DNA of 64,000 bases from Gammaproteobacteria bacterium (GCA_965221955.1 CBDCTA010000022.1:224001-288000), one strand, 5' to 3'; positions 20,658 through 32,257 are shown, counted from the stretch's first letter. The notes: generated by a model not told the origin, from the sequence alone. Numbers and translations are program-made.

Positions 20658-20685
20658 AAAGGCAAGCAGCTCGCTTGCCTTTTTT
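20658..20685 (+). terminator. Intrinsic terminator of the GGA-rich RNA
   Basis: AAAGGCAAGC-AGCTC-GCTTGCCTTTTTT. Confidence 0.9.
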
Positions 20686-20787
20686 ATTTCTCACCAAAAT
20701 TTAAGAATTCTCCATAAATACTGCCATTTACTGGTAGCCGTTGCGACGCATCGCTATACTCACGCTGCAATCGTAGCCAGCAAAATC

Positions 20788-21711
20788 ATGTCAGAGACTC
20801 CAACTAAAAATAAGCTCATCAGCTTTCAACAGCTCATTCAAAGGCTCGAACAGTTTTGGGCCGCGCAGGGTTGTGTCATTGAGCAACCCTATGACCTGGA
20901 AATGGGGGCCGCGACCTTTCACCCCAGTACGTTCCTACGCGCCATCGGCCCTGAAAGGTGGCGTTCTGCTTATCCGCAACCTTGTCGGCGTCCCACTGAT
21001 GGGCGTTATGGTGATAACCCCAATCGTTTACAGCGATACTTTCAATTTCAAGTCGTACTGAAACCTTCTCCGGATAATATTCAAGACTTATATATAGAGT
21101 CGTTAACTTCTCTAGATATCGATCCTTTAGTGCACGACATCCGTTTTGTTGAAGACAATTGGGAATCTCCAACGCTTGGCGCCTGGGGCTTAGGTTGGGA
21201 GGTATGGCTCGACGGCATGGAGATTTCGCAGTTTACTTATTTTCAGCAAATCGGTGGTTTAGATTGCAAACCTGTTACGGGTGAAATTACTTATGGTTTA
21301 GAACGTATTGCAATGTATCTACAAAATGTCGATAGTGTTTATGATTTAGTTTGGTCACAATATGGTGAAGACAAAATACTTTATCGCGATGTTTATCATC
21401 AAAATGAAGTAGAACAATCTGCCTATAATTTTGAACATGCCAACACAGAAGCATTGTTTAAATACTTCGATGCTAGCGAGAAAGAATGTCAACAATTAGT
21501 AGAACATGAAGTGCCTGTTGCAGCCTATGACCATGTGCTTAAATGTTCACATGCATTTAATTTATTAGATGCACGCCAAGTAATTTCTGTAACCGAGCGC
21601 CAGCAATACATTTTACGTATTCGTAAGCTCGCCCAAAGTGTTGCTAATAGCTATTTTGAAAGCCGCGAAAAGCTTGGCTTCCCTCTAGAAGATAAAAGCT
21701 CTTCCTCATGA
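20788..21711 (+). CDS. glyQ: Glycine-tRNA ligase alpha
   Basis: [47 protein letters not shown]. Confidence 0.98.
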   Translation: MSETPTKNKLISFQQLIQRLEQFWAAQGCVIEQPYDLEMGAATFHPSTFLRAIGPERWRSAYPQPCRRPTDGRYGDNPNRLQRYFQFQVVLKPSPDNIQDLYIESLTSLDIDPLVHDIRFVEDNWESPTLGAWGLGWEVWLDGMEISQFTYFQQIGGLDCKPVTGEITYGLERIAMYLQNVDSVYDLVWSQYGEDKILYRDVYHQNEVEQSAYNFEHANTEALFKYFDASEKECQQLVEHEVPVAAYDHVLKCSHAFNLLDARQVISVTERQQYILRIRKLAQSVANSYFESREKLGFPLEDKSSSS

Positions 21712-23780
21712 GCAATAAAAAAGATTTACTAATTGAAATTGGCACTGAAGATTTGCCTGCACGCTTGCTGTTGAATTTATCTAAACAGTTCGGACAATTA
21801 GTTTGTGAACAATTACAGTTTGCGCAGTTATCTTTCAAAGATCATGCACTTTTTTGCACTCCTCGACGCTTGGCACTTCTAGTAAACGATCTTGATATTA
21901 AACAAGAAGACCAAGTAAAGGAACGCAAAGGCCCAAAAGCCTCAGCAGCATTTGACACAGAAGGCAAACCCACACAAGCAGCAATAGGATTTGCACGTTC
22001 TTGCGGGATTGAGATTGATCAACTCAGACTCGATGATGATCCAGATAACCCTAGATTACACTTTAGTGAAAATTGTATTGGCAAAAACACCAGCGAATTA
22101 TTACCAGAAATCATCGAACAAGCAGTAAAAAAACTCACCGTACCAAAGCGCATGCGTTGGAATCTAAGCAATGCAGAATTTATTCGCCCAATCCGCTGGT
22201 TATTAGTCATACTTGGCACTGAAACTGTTGCTGCGAAAATTTTTGAGGTTGAATCCAGTAATGTTACTCATGGGCATCGCTTTCACCACACCAATGAGAT
22301 CGTGATAGCACAAGCTTCAGATTATCAAGAACAGTTGGCTAAAGCTTGTGTGCTGGCAGATTTTACTGAACGACAAAATAAAATCATTAAACAAGTAAAT
22401 CAGCTCGCTAAACAAACAAATAGTGTGCCTTCATATTCACAAGAATTACTAGATGAAATAACAGGTTTAGTAGAGTGGCCATGCGCTTTATTAGGAGAAT
22501 TCGACCCCAAATTTCTGCAAGTGCACAAAGAGCTATTGATCAGCACCATGCAAGAAAATCAAAAATACATACCACTACTGGACTCCGATGGCGAGTTACT
22601 TTCGAAATTTATTATTATCAGCAACATCGACAGTAAAAACCCGGATGTAGTTACACATGGAAATGAAAAAGTCATTGTTCCACGTTTTGAGGACGCAATG
22701 TTTTTCTGGCAGCGTGACAAAAGTGCCAAGTTAGAAAGTAATTTAGAAAAGTTAGCGAGCGTTGTGTATGAAAAACAATTAGGCACACTGAAAGATAAAA
22801 CCGAGCGTGAAATAAAAATTGCTGAATATTTATCTAGATATACTGATGCAAATAAAAAACATTGCCAACGCGCAGCTCAATTAAGTAAATGTGATCTAGT
22901 TACAGAAACAGTTGGCGAATTCCCGAAACTACAAGGCATTGTTGGACGTAATTTAGCTTCTGTAGATGGCGAAGAAGAACAAATCTGTACAGCAATCGAA
23001 GAACAATACTTACCCAAGCAAGCCGGGAGTGAATTACCCAAAACCCGAGTTGGAATCACACTTGCACTTGCAAATCGTATCGATACTTTGGTAGGAATTT
23101 TTGCTATCGGCAAAAAACCTACTGGATTAAAGGATCCTTATGGATTACGTCGCGCAGCTTTAGCTGTGTTACGCATTATTATTGAAACACCATTAAATAT
23201 TAATTTACACGAGTGTTTAGAGACTGCAGCCGGTTATTTCCCCAAAGCTTTACAAGCTACTAAAGCGGTGGAGGATGTAAGCGAGTATATAAATGAACGC
23301 TATCGTGCATATTTTTCAGATCGTGATATACCTGTAGATGTTATTGATTCTGTGCTGGCTAATCACCCTACTCATCCAAATGATGTCGCTGCCAAAGTGA
23401 ATGCGTTAGTGAACTTTCGTAAACTTCCTAATGCTGAAGCCTTAGCCGCTGCAAATAAACGCATACGTAATATCTTGAAAAAGATTAACCGTAGCGATAT
23501 TGGTCAAGTAGACAGTACCTTGTTTAGAGAAGATGCCGAAAGTTCTTTGCATACCGCCTTAGAGAGCATGTCTAAGGACGTGGAAAGCCTATTTGCACAG
23601 AATGAGTATGAACAAGCTTTAAATAAATTGTCTGATTTGCGCCAACCTGTTGATCATTTCTTCGATGATGTGATGGTAATGGATGAAGATGAAACGCTTA
23701 AAACTAATCGCATCGCATTGCTTGCTAAAATTGATTCACTTTTCATGCAAGTTGCGGATTTTTCTAGATTGCAATCATGA
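21708..23780 (+). CDS. glyS: Glycine-tRNA ligase beta
   Basis: [41 protein letters not shown]. Confidence 0.97.
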   Translation: MSNKKDLLIEIGTEDLPARLLLNLSKQFGQLVCEQLQFAQLSFKDHALFCTPRRLALLVNDLDIKQEDQVKERKGPKASAAFDTEGKPTQAAIGFARSCGIEIDQLRLDDDPDNPRLHFSENCIGKNTSELLPEIIEQAVKKLTVPKRMRWNLSNAEFIRPIRWLLVILGTETVAAKIFEVESSNVTHGHRFHHTNEIVIAQASDYQEQLAKACVLADFTERQNKIIKQVNQLAKQTNSVPSYSQELLDEITGLVEWPCALLGEFDPKFLQVHKELLISTMQENQKYIPLLDSDGELLSKFIIISNIDSKNPDVVTHGNEKVIVPRFEDAMFFWQRDKSAKLESNLEKLASVVYEKQLGTLKDKTEREIKIAEYLSRYTDANKKHCQRAAQLSKCDLVTETVGEFPKLQGIVGRNLASVDGEEEQICTAIEEQYLPKQAGSELPKTRVGITLALANRIDTLVGIFAIGKKPTGLKDPYGLRRAALAVLRIIIETPLNINLHECLETAAGYFPKALQATKAVEDVSEYINERYRAYFSDRDIPVDVIDSVLANHPTHPNDVAAKVNALVNFRKLPNAEALAAANKRIRNILKKINRSDIGQVDSTLFREDAESSLHTALESMSKDVESLFAQNEYEQALNKLSDLRQPVDHFFDDVMVMDEDETLKTNRIALLAKIDSLFMQVADFSRLQS

Positions 23781-23802
23781 TCAATATAGGAGTTAAAGCT
23801 AA

Positions 23803-24339
23803 ATGAGCGAAATGAAAGCTGTGGTGGTCGATCGTGATGGCGTTATTAATGAAGATTCAGATGAGTTTATTAAAACTCCAGAAGAATGGATTCCAATCGA
23901 AGGGAGCCTACAAGCCATTGCTAAATTGAACCAGGCTAAAGTAAAAGTATTTATTGCTTCGAATCAATCTGGAATTGCACGCGAATTATTCGACTACGAT
24001 ATGCTCAATCAAATCCATCAAAAGATGTTATCGGAGCTTACACAATATGGTGGTCATTTAGATGGTATTTTTATTTGTCCTGATCTTGAAGGTGAATGCC
24101 GAAAACCTAAAACGGGTATGTTGGTTGAAATAGAAAAACGTGCACATCTATCACTTGATAAAGCACCTTTTATTGGTGATTCATTACGTGATGTACAAGC
24201 TGCTATCACACATGGCATGCAACCGATTTTAGTGCGTACGGGTAATGGCTCTGTGACCTCACAAAGCGAGCAGCTGCCACGCAATATTCCAATCTATGAT
24301 GATCTCGCGCAAGCCGTAGACACGCTGCTTGCTGAATAA
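23803..24339 (+). CDS. gmhB: Heptose 1,7-bisphosphate phosphatase
   Basis: DRDGVIN, SNQSGIAR, CRKPKTGM, IGDSLRD. Confidence 0.93.
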   Translation: MSEMKAVVVDRDGVINEDSDEFIKTPEEWIPIEGSLQAIAKLNQAKVKVFIASNQSGIARELFDYDMLNQIHQKMLSELTQYGGHLDGIFICPDLEGECRKPKTGMLVEIEKRAHLSLDKAPFIGDSLRDVQAAITHGMQPILVRTGNGSVTSQSEQLPRNIPIYDDLAQAVDTLLAE

Positions 24340-24360
24340 GCTCTCAATCCATTCAATCTA

Positions 24361-25080
24361 ATGCTACAAACTTTTAGATCGTTGCTGTATTTGTTAGGTA
24401 TGGCAATACTTACTTTTATCTTTGGCGTTTTGTGTTTACTTACTATTTTTGTCCCTTACAGATTACGCTATCGATTTATTACCTATTGGAGCATGTGTAA
24501 TCTCTGGTGGCTCAAAATTACTTGTGGGTTGAAATATAAGGTAAGCGGAAAAGAAAACATTCCTGATTATCCATGTATCGTGATGTCAAACCACCAATCT
24601 ACCTGGGAAACTTTAGCACTTGGAACGAATTTCCCGCCTTTAATTTGGGTGGTTAAAAGAGAGCTGCTTTTCATTCCAATTTTTGGCTGGGGTTTGGCAT
24701 TAACGCATCCTATCGCTTTAGATAGAAAAGCAGGTCGCAAAGCCGTCGATCAGTTAATTGAACAAGGAATTAAAAAAATAAACAAAGGTCATTGGATATT
24801 AATTTTTCCAGAAGGCACACGCACTCCTCCCGGTACAAAACGGAAATTTAAAATGGGTGGTTTTTTGCTAGCAGAAAAAACGGAAACACCTATTCTCCCT
24901 GTTGCTCACAATTCCGGTAATTTCTGGGCTCGCAAACAGCTAACTAAAAAGTCTGGCACCATTCAAATGGTGATTGGACCGGCAATAACAAGCAAAGGAA
25001 AAACTGCAGAACAAATAAAGCAAGAAGTGTCTAAGTGGATTAACACGCAACGGGATACAATTGAAACCAAATTAAATTAA
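24361..25080 (+). CDS. plsC: 1-acylglycerol-3-phosphate acyltransferase
   Basis: NHQSTWE, IFPEGTR; glyQS-gmhB-plsC synteny. Confidence 0.92.
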   Translation: MLQTFRSLLYLLGMAILTFIFGVLCLLTIFVPYRLRYRFITYWSMCNLWWLKITCGLKYKVSGKENIPDYPCIVMSNHQSTWETLALGTNFPPLIWVVKRELLFIPIFGWGLALTHPIALDRKAGRKAVDQLIEQGIKKINKGHWILIFPEGTRTPPGTKRKFKMGGFLLAEKTETPILPVAHNSGNFWARKQLTKKSGTIQMVIGPAITSKGKTAEQIKQEVSKWINTQRDTIETKLN

Positions 25081-25098
25081 CTACGATATCAATTGTGG

Positions 25099-25476
25099 TT
25101 ACGAAAAATATTTTCTAGTAGATGGAAGGGTTAAAAAAATTATTGCAACAATAGAAACTGCTATATAAATAAGGCAAAAATATTCTACCAAGCCAAATAG
25201 ATTTACTTGTGAAACTTCAATCTGTTGATAAACAAACAACCACCAAAAACATCCAGTAGCGGAAATAATTAAAACGATACATGCACCAATACGCGCTACA
25301 GCATGTTGCTTAATTAGCCCTATAGCAATTAATATTATTGCAACTCCAATGAAGATTGAAGTGAATCCACTTAGCGAATAAATTGCGATGTAGCCATAAA
25401 CGATTGTGCCAATTCCAGTTAATGCACATATCAATGCAACCAAATAAATGCCTAGAATAGCAAAACGTTCACTCAT
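25099..25476 (-). CDS. Hypothetical membrane protein (about 4 TM)
   Basis: Hydrophobic segments; 4-bp overlap with tas. Confidence 0.7.
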   Translation of the reverse strand: MSERFAILGIYLVALICALTGIGTIVYGYIAIYSLSGFTSIFIGVAIILIAIGLIKQHAVARIGACIVLIISATGCFWWLFVYQQIEVSQVNLFGLVEYFCLIYIAVSIVAIIFLTLPSTRKYFS

Positions 25477-26513
25477 GGGCAGGGGTTGGGCTGTTGTTGA
25501 TGAATTTGTTCAATTTTTTCTAGAATCTCATCTGAAAGTTTAATATTTATGCTATCGATATTTTCTTGCAGTTGCTGAATCGTCGTAGCACCAATAATAT
25601 TTGCAGTTAGAAAAGATCGTGTATTTACAAAAGCTAAAGCCATTTGGCTTGGTAAATAATCATAGTCATGCGCTAATTTTACATACGCCTCTGTTGCACT
25701 TTTACCCTCTACATTACTATAGCGAGTAAAGCGCTCGTACAATGTTATACGCGCATTTTTGGGTTTTGCATTGATATATTTACCACTTAATACACCAAAA
25801 CCTAAGGGAGAATAAGCCAACAAGCCCATATTCTCTCGATGCGAGACTTCAGCTAAGCCCACCTCATAGGTGCGATTCAGTAAACTGTAAGGGTTTTGGA
25901 TACTCACCATCGCAGGCCAGTTGTTCTTGTTTGCAAGCATTTGATACTGCATTGCGCCCCAAGGGGTTTCATTACTAATTCCTAAATGACGTACCTTTCC
26001 TTGATCGATGGCTTTGACCAAACATGCATAAGCATCTTCCATTAGCGTAACCGTAGCAACACTCTCCTCATCTTCATGCTGATAACCGAGTGGCCCAAAA
26101 TAATTGGTGTTTCTAGCCGGCCAGTGAATTTGATAGAGATCGATGTAGTCTGTCTGCAATCGCTTAAGACTATCTTCTAATGCTGCATTAATTTGTTCGG
26201 GAATAAGTTCAACGCCGCCGCGCAAATAAGGCATCATGCCCGGACCTGCCACTTTTGTGGCGAGAATTATCTCGGAACGCTTACCTGTTTTTTTTAGCCA
26301 AGTGCCAATATATTTTTCGGTTTTGCCTTGTGTATCTTGTTTCGGCGGTACCGGATACATTTCTGCAGTATCAAAAAAATTTACCCCTTTTGAAAACGCA
26401 TACTCCATTTGTTGATGCGCTTCGGCTTCAGTGTTTTGTTCCCCATACGTCATAGTGCCTAAGCAAATTTTGCTGACGCGGATACCCGTTTTACCTAACT
26501 CACCAAACTGCAT
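25473..26513 (-). CDS. tas: Aldo-keto reductase Tas
   Basis: LGTMTYGEQN, DTAEMYPVPP, YQIHWPAR, SNETPWG. Confidence 0.93.
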   Translation of the reverse strand: MQFGELGKTGIRVSKICLGTMTYGEQNTEAEAHQQMEYAFSKGVNFFDTAEMYPVPPKQDTQGKTEKYIGTWLKKTGKRSEIILATKVAGPGMMPYLRGGVELIPEQINAALEDSLKRLQTDYIDLYQIHWPARNTNYFGPLGYQHEDEESVATVTLMEDAYACLVKAIDQGKVRHLGISNETPWGAMQYQMLANKNNWPAMVSIQNPYSLLNRTYEVGLAEVSHRENMGLLAYSPLGFGVLSGKYINAKPKNARITLYERFTRYSNVEGKSATEAYVKLAHDYDYLPSQMALAFVNTRSFLTANIIGATTIQQLQENIDSINIKLSDEILEKIEQIHQQQPNPCP

Positions 26514-26528
26514 TGATTAAAAGTCTTG

Positions 26529-27650
26529 TTATACAAATAGAATGAGTACACCAGTGTAGCCATACAAACGATTATGAAATATCTCACCGTTTGCAAAAAA
26601 CCCAACCAATGGAAATTCACCTAATTCATCTTGTATCATTTTTAATTCTTCAGAATTTTCACCAAATTGATAACGTCCCCGACCAAGACATGTGTAATAC
26701 AACCCACCACGCGGTTTCCCTTGCATTCGTGATTTCATTGTCGTTAACATTCTCAACATATCCTCACGTGCACTATTCCCATCGCGCCGACAAAACATAA
26801 ATTTACTTCCTTCATATAAATAATCTCCTACGGCGATTATTTTTTCCTCTTCATCAAAACCAACAATGTTCCTTACTAAATAGTCTCCTGTATCGGAAAA
26901 TTCAATTGGCAAGCCAGCAAAAATATATCCAGCAATTTTATTTAAATCTTTTGCCAACACTTCTCCAATGTCGTCACGTAACACATCAAGAGCAGGGCGA
27001 TTATCTAGTTCAAGTAGCAAATTACGTTCTGCTTTGGTTATAACATGTTGTTGATCCAGTGGAGTACATCCTTGCGTATGGCCGATTACTGTTTCAACTT
27101 CCGGCGAGAAAAATATTCCTGAAACACTGCCTTGAATAATGTCATTTGCTACTTGGTAGTTTTCACTGTTTGAAGAAGTTAAACCACCAACTAAATAAGC
27201 TGAAGGTATTGTTTCAGAAATTTTCTCAATGATATTCGGTGTGGCAGGATTGCTTGGGTCGCCATGAATAATGCCAACATGCGGCAGATCTTGCTTACAG
27301 TAGCTCGAAACATCTTCTAAAAGTTTCTCATCATCAACATCATTTGTGCCAATGATTGAAAATTGTTTTACATCGATATCCGTTAACATTACAACCAATG
27401 TAGGCTGGTCATAATGTTCTGCGCCTGTGCTACAAACCCCTATACCAAGTGTACCCAACCAACTTTGCACCCCTGTATCTTGTTTAAGCCGTCCAACGAT
27501 ATTCTCAAGATCTTCACTCAAGGTATCATTAGCATAGATAAATCCTAGTTGATATTTACCACGCACATCTCCTAATTGTTGCAAACAATTATTTACTAAA
27601 GTGCGTGAATTAGACCCCGATGCAATGCCAAGCTGAAAGGATTCGCTCAT
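26529..27650 (-). CDS. FIST N/C domain protein
   Basis: LVGGLTS, TQGCTP, YLVRNIVG, CLGRG, GFFANGEI..LYGYTGVL. Confidence 0.9.
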   Translation of the reverse strand: MSESFQLGIASGSNSRTLVNNCLQQLGDVRGKYQLGFIYANDTLSEDLENIVGRLKQDTGVQSWLGTLGIGVCSTGAEHYDQPTLVVMLTDIDVKQFSIIGTNDVDDEKLLEDVSSYCKQDLPHVGIIHGDPSNPATPNIIEKISETIPSAYLVGGLTSSNSENYQVANDIIQGSVSGIFFSPEVETVIGHTQGCTPLDQQHVITKAERNLLLELDNRPALDVLRDDIGEVLAKDLNKIAGYIFAGLPIEFSDTGDYLVRNIVGFDEEEKIIAVGDYLYEGSKFMFCRRDGNSAREDMLRMLTTMKSRMQGKPRGGLYYTCLGRGRYQFGENSEELKMIQDELGEFPLVGFFANGEIFHNRLYGYTGVLILFV

Positions 27651-27667
27651 ACTATCTTGTATTAAAA

Positions 27668-28561
27668 TCAGCCTACTTGTGACTTCACCACAGTATGCTT
27701 TTCTACAAGCATTTTTATCACTGGTGTTAGCAATGTTTCCATCGCATACACCATTTTTTCCGCTGGCATGACGAGTTGATTTGGTTTGATATTAAATGAA
27801 TTATCGATTCGTTCGCGAAGCTCATCGACACTTAAGGTAAATTTTTCAGGCCGTCGTATGTGCACAATCACCAAACTTTCATTAAAAGTTGGAATCTCTT
27901 GAACTGCAAATGGGTTAGCGGTATCAACAATCGGCACACGCTGAAAATTGACGTCGGTACGTGAAAATTGGGGGGAAATATACATAGCATAGTCAGGCAT
28001 ACGCCGAACAATCGTATTCACAACTTCAGCATGTGAATAACCACGTTCAGAACTATCACGATGTATTTTTTGTATCCATTCTAAATTCGTTGTCGGAACT
28101 ACACCAATCAACAAATCAACGTGTTGTGCAATATCAATATCATCAGTTACTAAGCCTCCGTGTAGCCCTTCATAAAATAATAAATCACTACCAGCAGGAA
28201 TAGTTTCCCATTCGGTAAACTCACCTCTATTCAGCCCCGGGTAAGGTGCTGCTTCTTCTTCACTATGTAAATAGATGCGTTTCTCACCTGTCCCAGCTTG
28301 CGCATACTCAGCAAATAATTCCTCAAGTCGGTCTAGATGATTGCCATCTGGAGAAAAGTGCGTCATGCGTCGTCCAAATAAATCCGGCACTTTAACGCGT
28401 TCGTACATTTCAGCACGGGTGAATTTATGAAAGCTGTCACCTTCAATCACAGCTGGAGTCACACCGATGTTGGTAAAAATGTATTCAAACGCTTCACGAA
28501 CCGTTGAAGTGCCTGCGCCCGATGAGCCTGTTACCGCAATGATGGGATGTGCAATTGACAT
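27668..28561 (-). CDS. prkB: Phosphoribulokinase (proteobacterial class)
   Basis: VTGSSGAGT, EGDSFH..R, YEGLHG, WIQKIHRD...RGYS, PQFSRTDVNFQRVP. Confidence 0.9.
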   Translation of the reverse strand: MSIAHPIIAVTGSSGAGTSTVREAFEYIFTNIGVTPAVIEGDSFHKFTRAEMYERVKVPDLFGRRMTHFSPDGNHLDRLEELFAEYAQAGTGEKRIYLHSEEEAAPYPGLNRGEFTEWETIPAGSDLLFYEGLHGGLVTDDIDIAQHVDLLIGVVPTTNLEWIQKIHRDSSERGYSHAEVVNTIVRRMPDYAMYISPQFSRTDVNFQRVPIVDTANPFAVQEIPTFNESLVIVHIRRPEKFTLSVDELRERIDNSFNIKPNQLVMPAEKMVYAMETLLTPVIKMLVEKHTVVKSQVG

Positions 28562-28885
28562 TATTTCTGAAGTTCGGCCGGTTTTTCTGGATTCATGTTT
28601 TTACTCATACTACAGAAAGGGTTGGTCCCCATCGAACGCTCACTTTACCGTTTTCCAGGAGTAAAACGTAGTGTGTGCTACATCAATGCAAAAATATCTA
28701 TAACTCTATATATTAGGGTGGATTAGATGTATGGCTTAATAGGGCCTGTTAAGATAGTTTGATAACTGCATGTAATACTTGTGTGGTCCCTTCAGACTTC
28801 CATATCTGACATTTGTGCAAAACCCATATTTCAAGCATATCCGTCACAAGTCTGAGTAGGTTTATAACGTGATGAGGAGTATCAG

Positions 28886-30697
28886 TTGATCACAGCACGA
28901 CAATATACACGTGAATTTATCAGTCGATTTATTCCTTATCTCAATTGGCTGGGCGAATTAAAAAATCCTGAAATAGTATTAAAAGACTGTCTAGCAGGTT
29001 TGACAGTTGCATTAGTTTTAATTCCTCAATCCATGGCCTATGCACAACTCGCGAACTTACCTGCTTACTATGGTTTATATGCATCGTTTTTACCGGTAAT
29101 CATCGCTTCACTGTTTGGTTCTTCTCGCCAACTTCAAACCGGGCCCGTTGCAGTAGTTTCACTCATGACTGCTGCAGCATTAGAACCATTAGCGACTGCA
29201 AACCCCGAAGGTTATTTAGTCTATGCCGGAGTGCTAGCAATCTTGGTAGGTATTTTTCAGATGTCGTTAGGTCTATTACGTCTTGGCGTACTAGTAGAAT
29301 TTTTATCCCACTCAGTGGTCATTGGATTCACGAATGCCGCCGCCATCATTATTGGCACTTCACAATTATCAAAACTTTTTGGCGTTACTGCTGAATCCGG
29401 AAATCATTTTTATGAAACCATTTGGAATGTGATTGTTGAAGCCAGTCAACATACTCATTTTCCAACTTTAGCAATGGGTATTACTGCACTAGCGATCATT
29501 TTTGGTTTAAAAAAATACGCGCCAAAAGTTCCAGGAGTGCTTACCGCAGTAGTTATTACCAGCGTAATTTCTTTGCTAATTGGTTTTGAATCTATGGGCG
29601 GCAAAGTGGTAGGTAATGTTCCAGAGGGCTTACCTAGCATTGGTTGGCCTGAGTTTGATATGTCTATTGCGTTAGATTTAATTTCTAAGGCCATCGTTAT
29701 TGGTGTGGTCGGTTACATGGAAGCCATCTCGATTGCCAAAGCAATTGCTGTACAAACACGTCAGCGTATCGATGCAAACCAAGGCTTAGTCGGTCAAGGT
29801 TTAGGAAACATTGCCTCAGGACTATCAGGAGCGTACCCCGTTGCAGGTTCTTTTTCTCGTTCTGCTGTCAACATGGCGGCAGGTGCTAAAACTGGATTTG
29901 CAGCCATCTTTACCGGTGTGCTCGTCGCGATATCCCTAGTCTTATTGTATTTCAGCCAATACCTTTATCATCTTCCTCAAGCGACTTTAGCAGCAGTGAT
30001 CATTTCTGCAGTAATTAATCTTATTCGCATTAAACAAATTAAATATGCATTCCGAGTGCACAGTCATGATGGCTTTATTGCCATACTCACTTTCGTACTA
30101 ACGCTAATCTTAGCGCCACATTTAGAACAAAGTATTTTCGTTGGAGTTGTGTTGTCATTAGGTTTGTTTATGTACCGAACCATGCATCCACACATCACTA
30201 TTTTATCTCGCAGCCCAAGTGGCGATTTACGTGATGCCGAAGCAAATATTTTACAAACTTGTCCAAACATCACCATTATGCGTTTTGAAGGGCCATTGTT
30301 TTTCGCCAGCGCCATGTATTTTGAAGAAAAAGTATTAGAACGTGTTGCCGCCAAACCAGATTTAAAATTTATTATTGTTGATGCTGAAGCGATTACCGAA
30401 ATTGATGCCACCGGTGAAGACATGTTGCATCAATTGTCATTGCGCTTAGCTGCATTACATATTGAGTTCGTCTTTGCACGAACCAAACGCCAAGTGATGG
30501 ATGTTTTTGTGCGCACCGGATTTGCAGGACCAGACTGGTTAGATCATTTTTATCGCCACGATGAAAGCGCCATAGAGTTTGCTTGGCAAAATATTAGTAA
30601 TTGCAAGCAAGAAGTTTGTCCATTGGCTAAAGAGCATGAATGCCCTGCGCAACGATTAAAACCTATTAAGCTAGATAATCAAGAAACCTCTAGTTAG
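28886..30697 (+). CDS. SulP/SLC26 anion transporter with STAS domain
   Basis: PQSMAYA, GSSRQLQTGP, GSFSRSA, STAS LFFASA..IDATG. Confidence 0.94.
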   Translation: MITARQYTREFISRFIPYLNWLGELKNPEIVLKDCLAGLTVALVLIPQSMAYAQLANLPAYYGLYASFLPVIIASLFGSSRQLQTGPVAVVSLMTAAALEPLATANPEGYLVYAGVLAILVGIFQMSLGLLRLGVLVEFLSHSVVIGFTNAAAIIIGTSQLSKLFGVTAESGNHFYETIWNVIVEASQHTHFPTLAMGITALAIIFGLKKYAPKVPGVLTAVVITSVISLLIGFESMGGKVVGNVPEGLPSIGWPEFDMSIALDLISKAIVIGVVGYMEAISIAKAIAVQTRQRIDANQGLVGQGLGNIASGLSGAYPVAGSFSRSAVNMAAGAKTGFAAIFTGVLVAISLVLLYFSQYLYHLPQATLAAVIISAVINLIRIKQIKYAFRVHSHDGFIAILTFVLTLILAPHLEQSIFVGVVLSLGLFMYRTMHPHITILSRSPSGDLRDAEANILQTCPNITIMRFEGPLFFASAMYFEEKVLERVAAKPDLKFIIVDAEAITEIDATGEDMLHQLSLRLAALHIEFVFARTKRQVMDVFVRTGFAGPDWLDHFYRHDESAIEFAWQNISNCKQEVCPLAKEHECPAQRLKPIKLDNQETSS

Positions 30698-31367
30698 CTT
30701 TCTTTAAATAAACTTGCGCAAATACTGAGTGCCCAAGTCTTTCACCGCGTCGTTCAAACTTGGTTTGTGGCCTTTGTTGAATAAAGTTGGACGCTTGGGC
30801 TTTTTCAAATAAATTACTTTGCTGAATAGCTTCTTGAATATACTCTGCATAAGGTTGCCAATCGGTAGCAATATTAAGTTCACCTTTTGCCGTTAACTTT
30901 TCAGCAAGTAGTTGCAAAAATTCTACCTGAATTAAACGGCGTTTATGATGGCGTTTCTTTGGCCAAGGGTCTGGAAACCAAATTAGCACCGCGGTGAAAC
31001 TATTCGCTGCAATATTATTGCGTAGTAGTTCAACTACATCCGTATTGACCACACGAATATTTTCCAACTTAGCTTGAAACGCATTTCTTAGTAAGTTGCC
31101 TATTCCTGGTCGATACACTTCCACACCGAGAAAATTGATATCTGGATATTGTTGTGCGAGCGTGAGTAACGACTCACCATTACCAAAACCTATATCTAAA
31201 ACTGTAGGCTGTTTTTTTACAAACAGTTTGTTCAGATCAAGTATTTGTTGATGGGCATCAACCCCGTAGTGAGGCCAATGTTCTTGTAATGCGACGCGCT
31301 GGGCTTTAGTAAAACGACCTTCGCGTCGAACAAAACTACGAATAAAAGAGGAGGGTTGGTGCTGCAA
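30690..31367 (-). CDS. trmB: tRNA (guanine-N7)-methyltransferase
   Basis: IRSFVRREGR, DIGFGNG, FPDPWPKKRHHKRR, TKFERRG. Confidence 0.96.
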   Translation of the reverse strand: MQHQPSSFIRSFVRREGRFTKAQRVALQEHWPHYGVDAHQQILDLNKLFVKKQPTVLDIGFGNGESLLTLAQQYPDINFLGVEVYRPGIGNLLRNAFQAKLENIRVVNTDVVELLRNNIAANSFTAVLIWFPDPWPKKRHHKRRLIQVEFLQLLAEKLTAKGELNIATDWQPYAEYIQEAIQQSNLFEKAQASNFIQQRPQTKFERRGERLGHSVFAQVYLKKAN

Positions 31368-31376
31368 TGTGCGTAA

Positions 31377-32195
31377 TTAAAAAAATGAACCGTCAACAGG
31401 TGAAGACGCGGATGCATAGCGGCGCCGTGGCATACGCCCTGCAAGAAATGCTTCACGTCCTGCGGCCACCGCTTTATTCATGGCTGAAGCCATCAACACC
31501 GGATTTTTTGCTTCAGCAATTGCAGTATTCATCAACACACCATCACAACCTAATTCCATCGCTACGGCAGCATCTGATGCGGTACCCACTCCTGCGTCGA
31601 CTAAAATTGGCACTGATGCATTTTCAACGATGGTAAAAATATTATGCGGATTACGCACACCCAAACCTGAACCTATCGGTGCAGCAAGTGGCATTACCGC
31701 AACACAACCCATTTCTTCTAACTGTTTTGCCACAATAGGGTCATCGTTGGTGTATACCATCACCTGAAAATCCTCATCAATGAGTGTTTTCGCTGCATCC
31801 AGCGTTTGTACAATATCTGGATACAGTGTTTTTTGATCACCCAAAACCTCTAGCTTTACTAACGCATGACCGTCCAATAGCTCACGTGCGAGCCTACAAG
31901 TGCGCACCGCATCTTTCGCGGTATAGCAGCCTGCGGTATTTGGCAAAATCGTAAATTCATTCGGTGGAATGACATCTAATAAATTTGGTTGATCTTTTTC
32001 TTGCCCAATGTTGGTTCTGCGAATTGCGACCGTAACAATCTCTGCACCACTAGCAAGTATTGCAGCGCGTGTTTCTTGCAAATCTTTATATTTGCCCGTA
32101 CCCACTAACAAACGTGAGGTATATTGCACGTCTGCAATCTTAAGCACATCTTGATCAGCACTTTCATTATTATTGGATATTGGACTAACTGTCAT
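31377..32195 (-). CDS. thiG: Thiazole synthase
   Basis: [31 protein letters not shown]. Confidence 0.97.
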   Translation of the reverse strand: MTVSPISNNNESADQDVLKIADVQYTSRLLVGTGKYKDLQETRAAILASGAEIVTVAIRRTNIGQEKDQPNLLDVIPPNEFTILPNTAGCYTAKDAVRTCRLARELLDGHALVKLEVLGDQKTLYPDIVQTLDAAKTLIDEDFQVMVYTNDDPIVAKQLEEMGCVAVMPLAAPIGSGLGVRNPHNIFTIVENASVPILVDAGVGTASDAAVAMELGCDGVLMNTAIAEAKNPVLMASAMNKAVAAGREAFLAGRMPRRRYASASSPVDGSFF

Positions 32196-32257
32196 AATAT
32201 TGCTTATGTGTTACATTCGCTCTTCATGCAAAATTCCACAAAATAAAAAATTAATAA

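Larger units (their letters stand above)
20171..20685 (+). ncRNA. CsrB/RsmZ-like GGA-rich RNA, probably dual-function
   Basis: About 11 GGA motifs, mostly in short hairpin loops (GCTCGGGATGAGC, GCACGGATGC, CACACGGAAATGTGTG, GACAAGGATTGTC, CTCAGGACGAG, GCAAGGACGC, GACAAGGATGTC), between a sigma54 promoter and a terminator; 5' end inferred. Confidence 0.75.

Noticed and set aside
28740-28752. TAGGGCCTGTTAA as an IS/MITE end
   Set aside because: No matching inverted end or transposase seen
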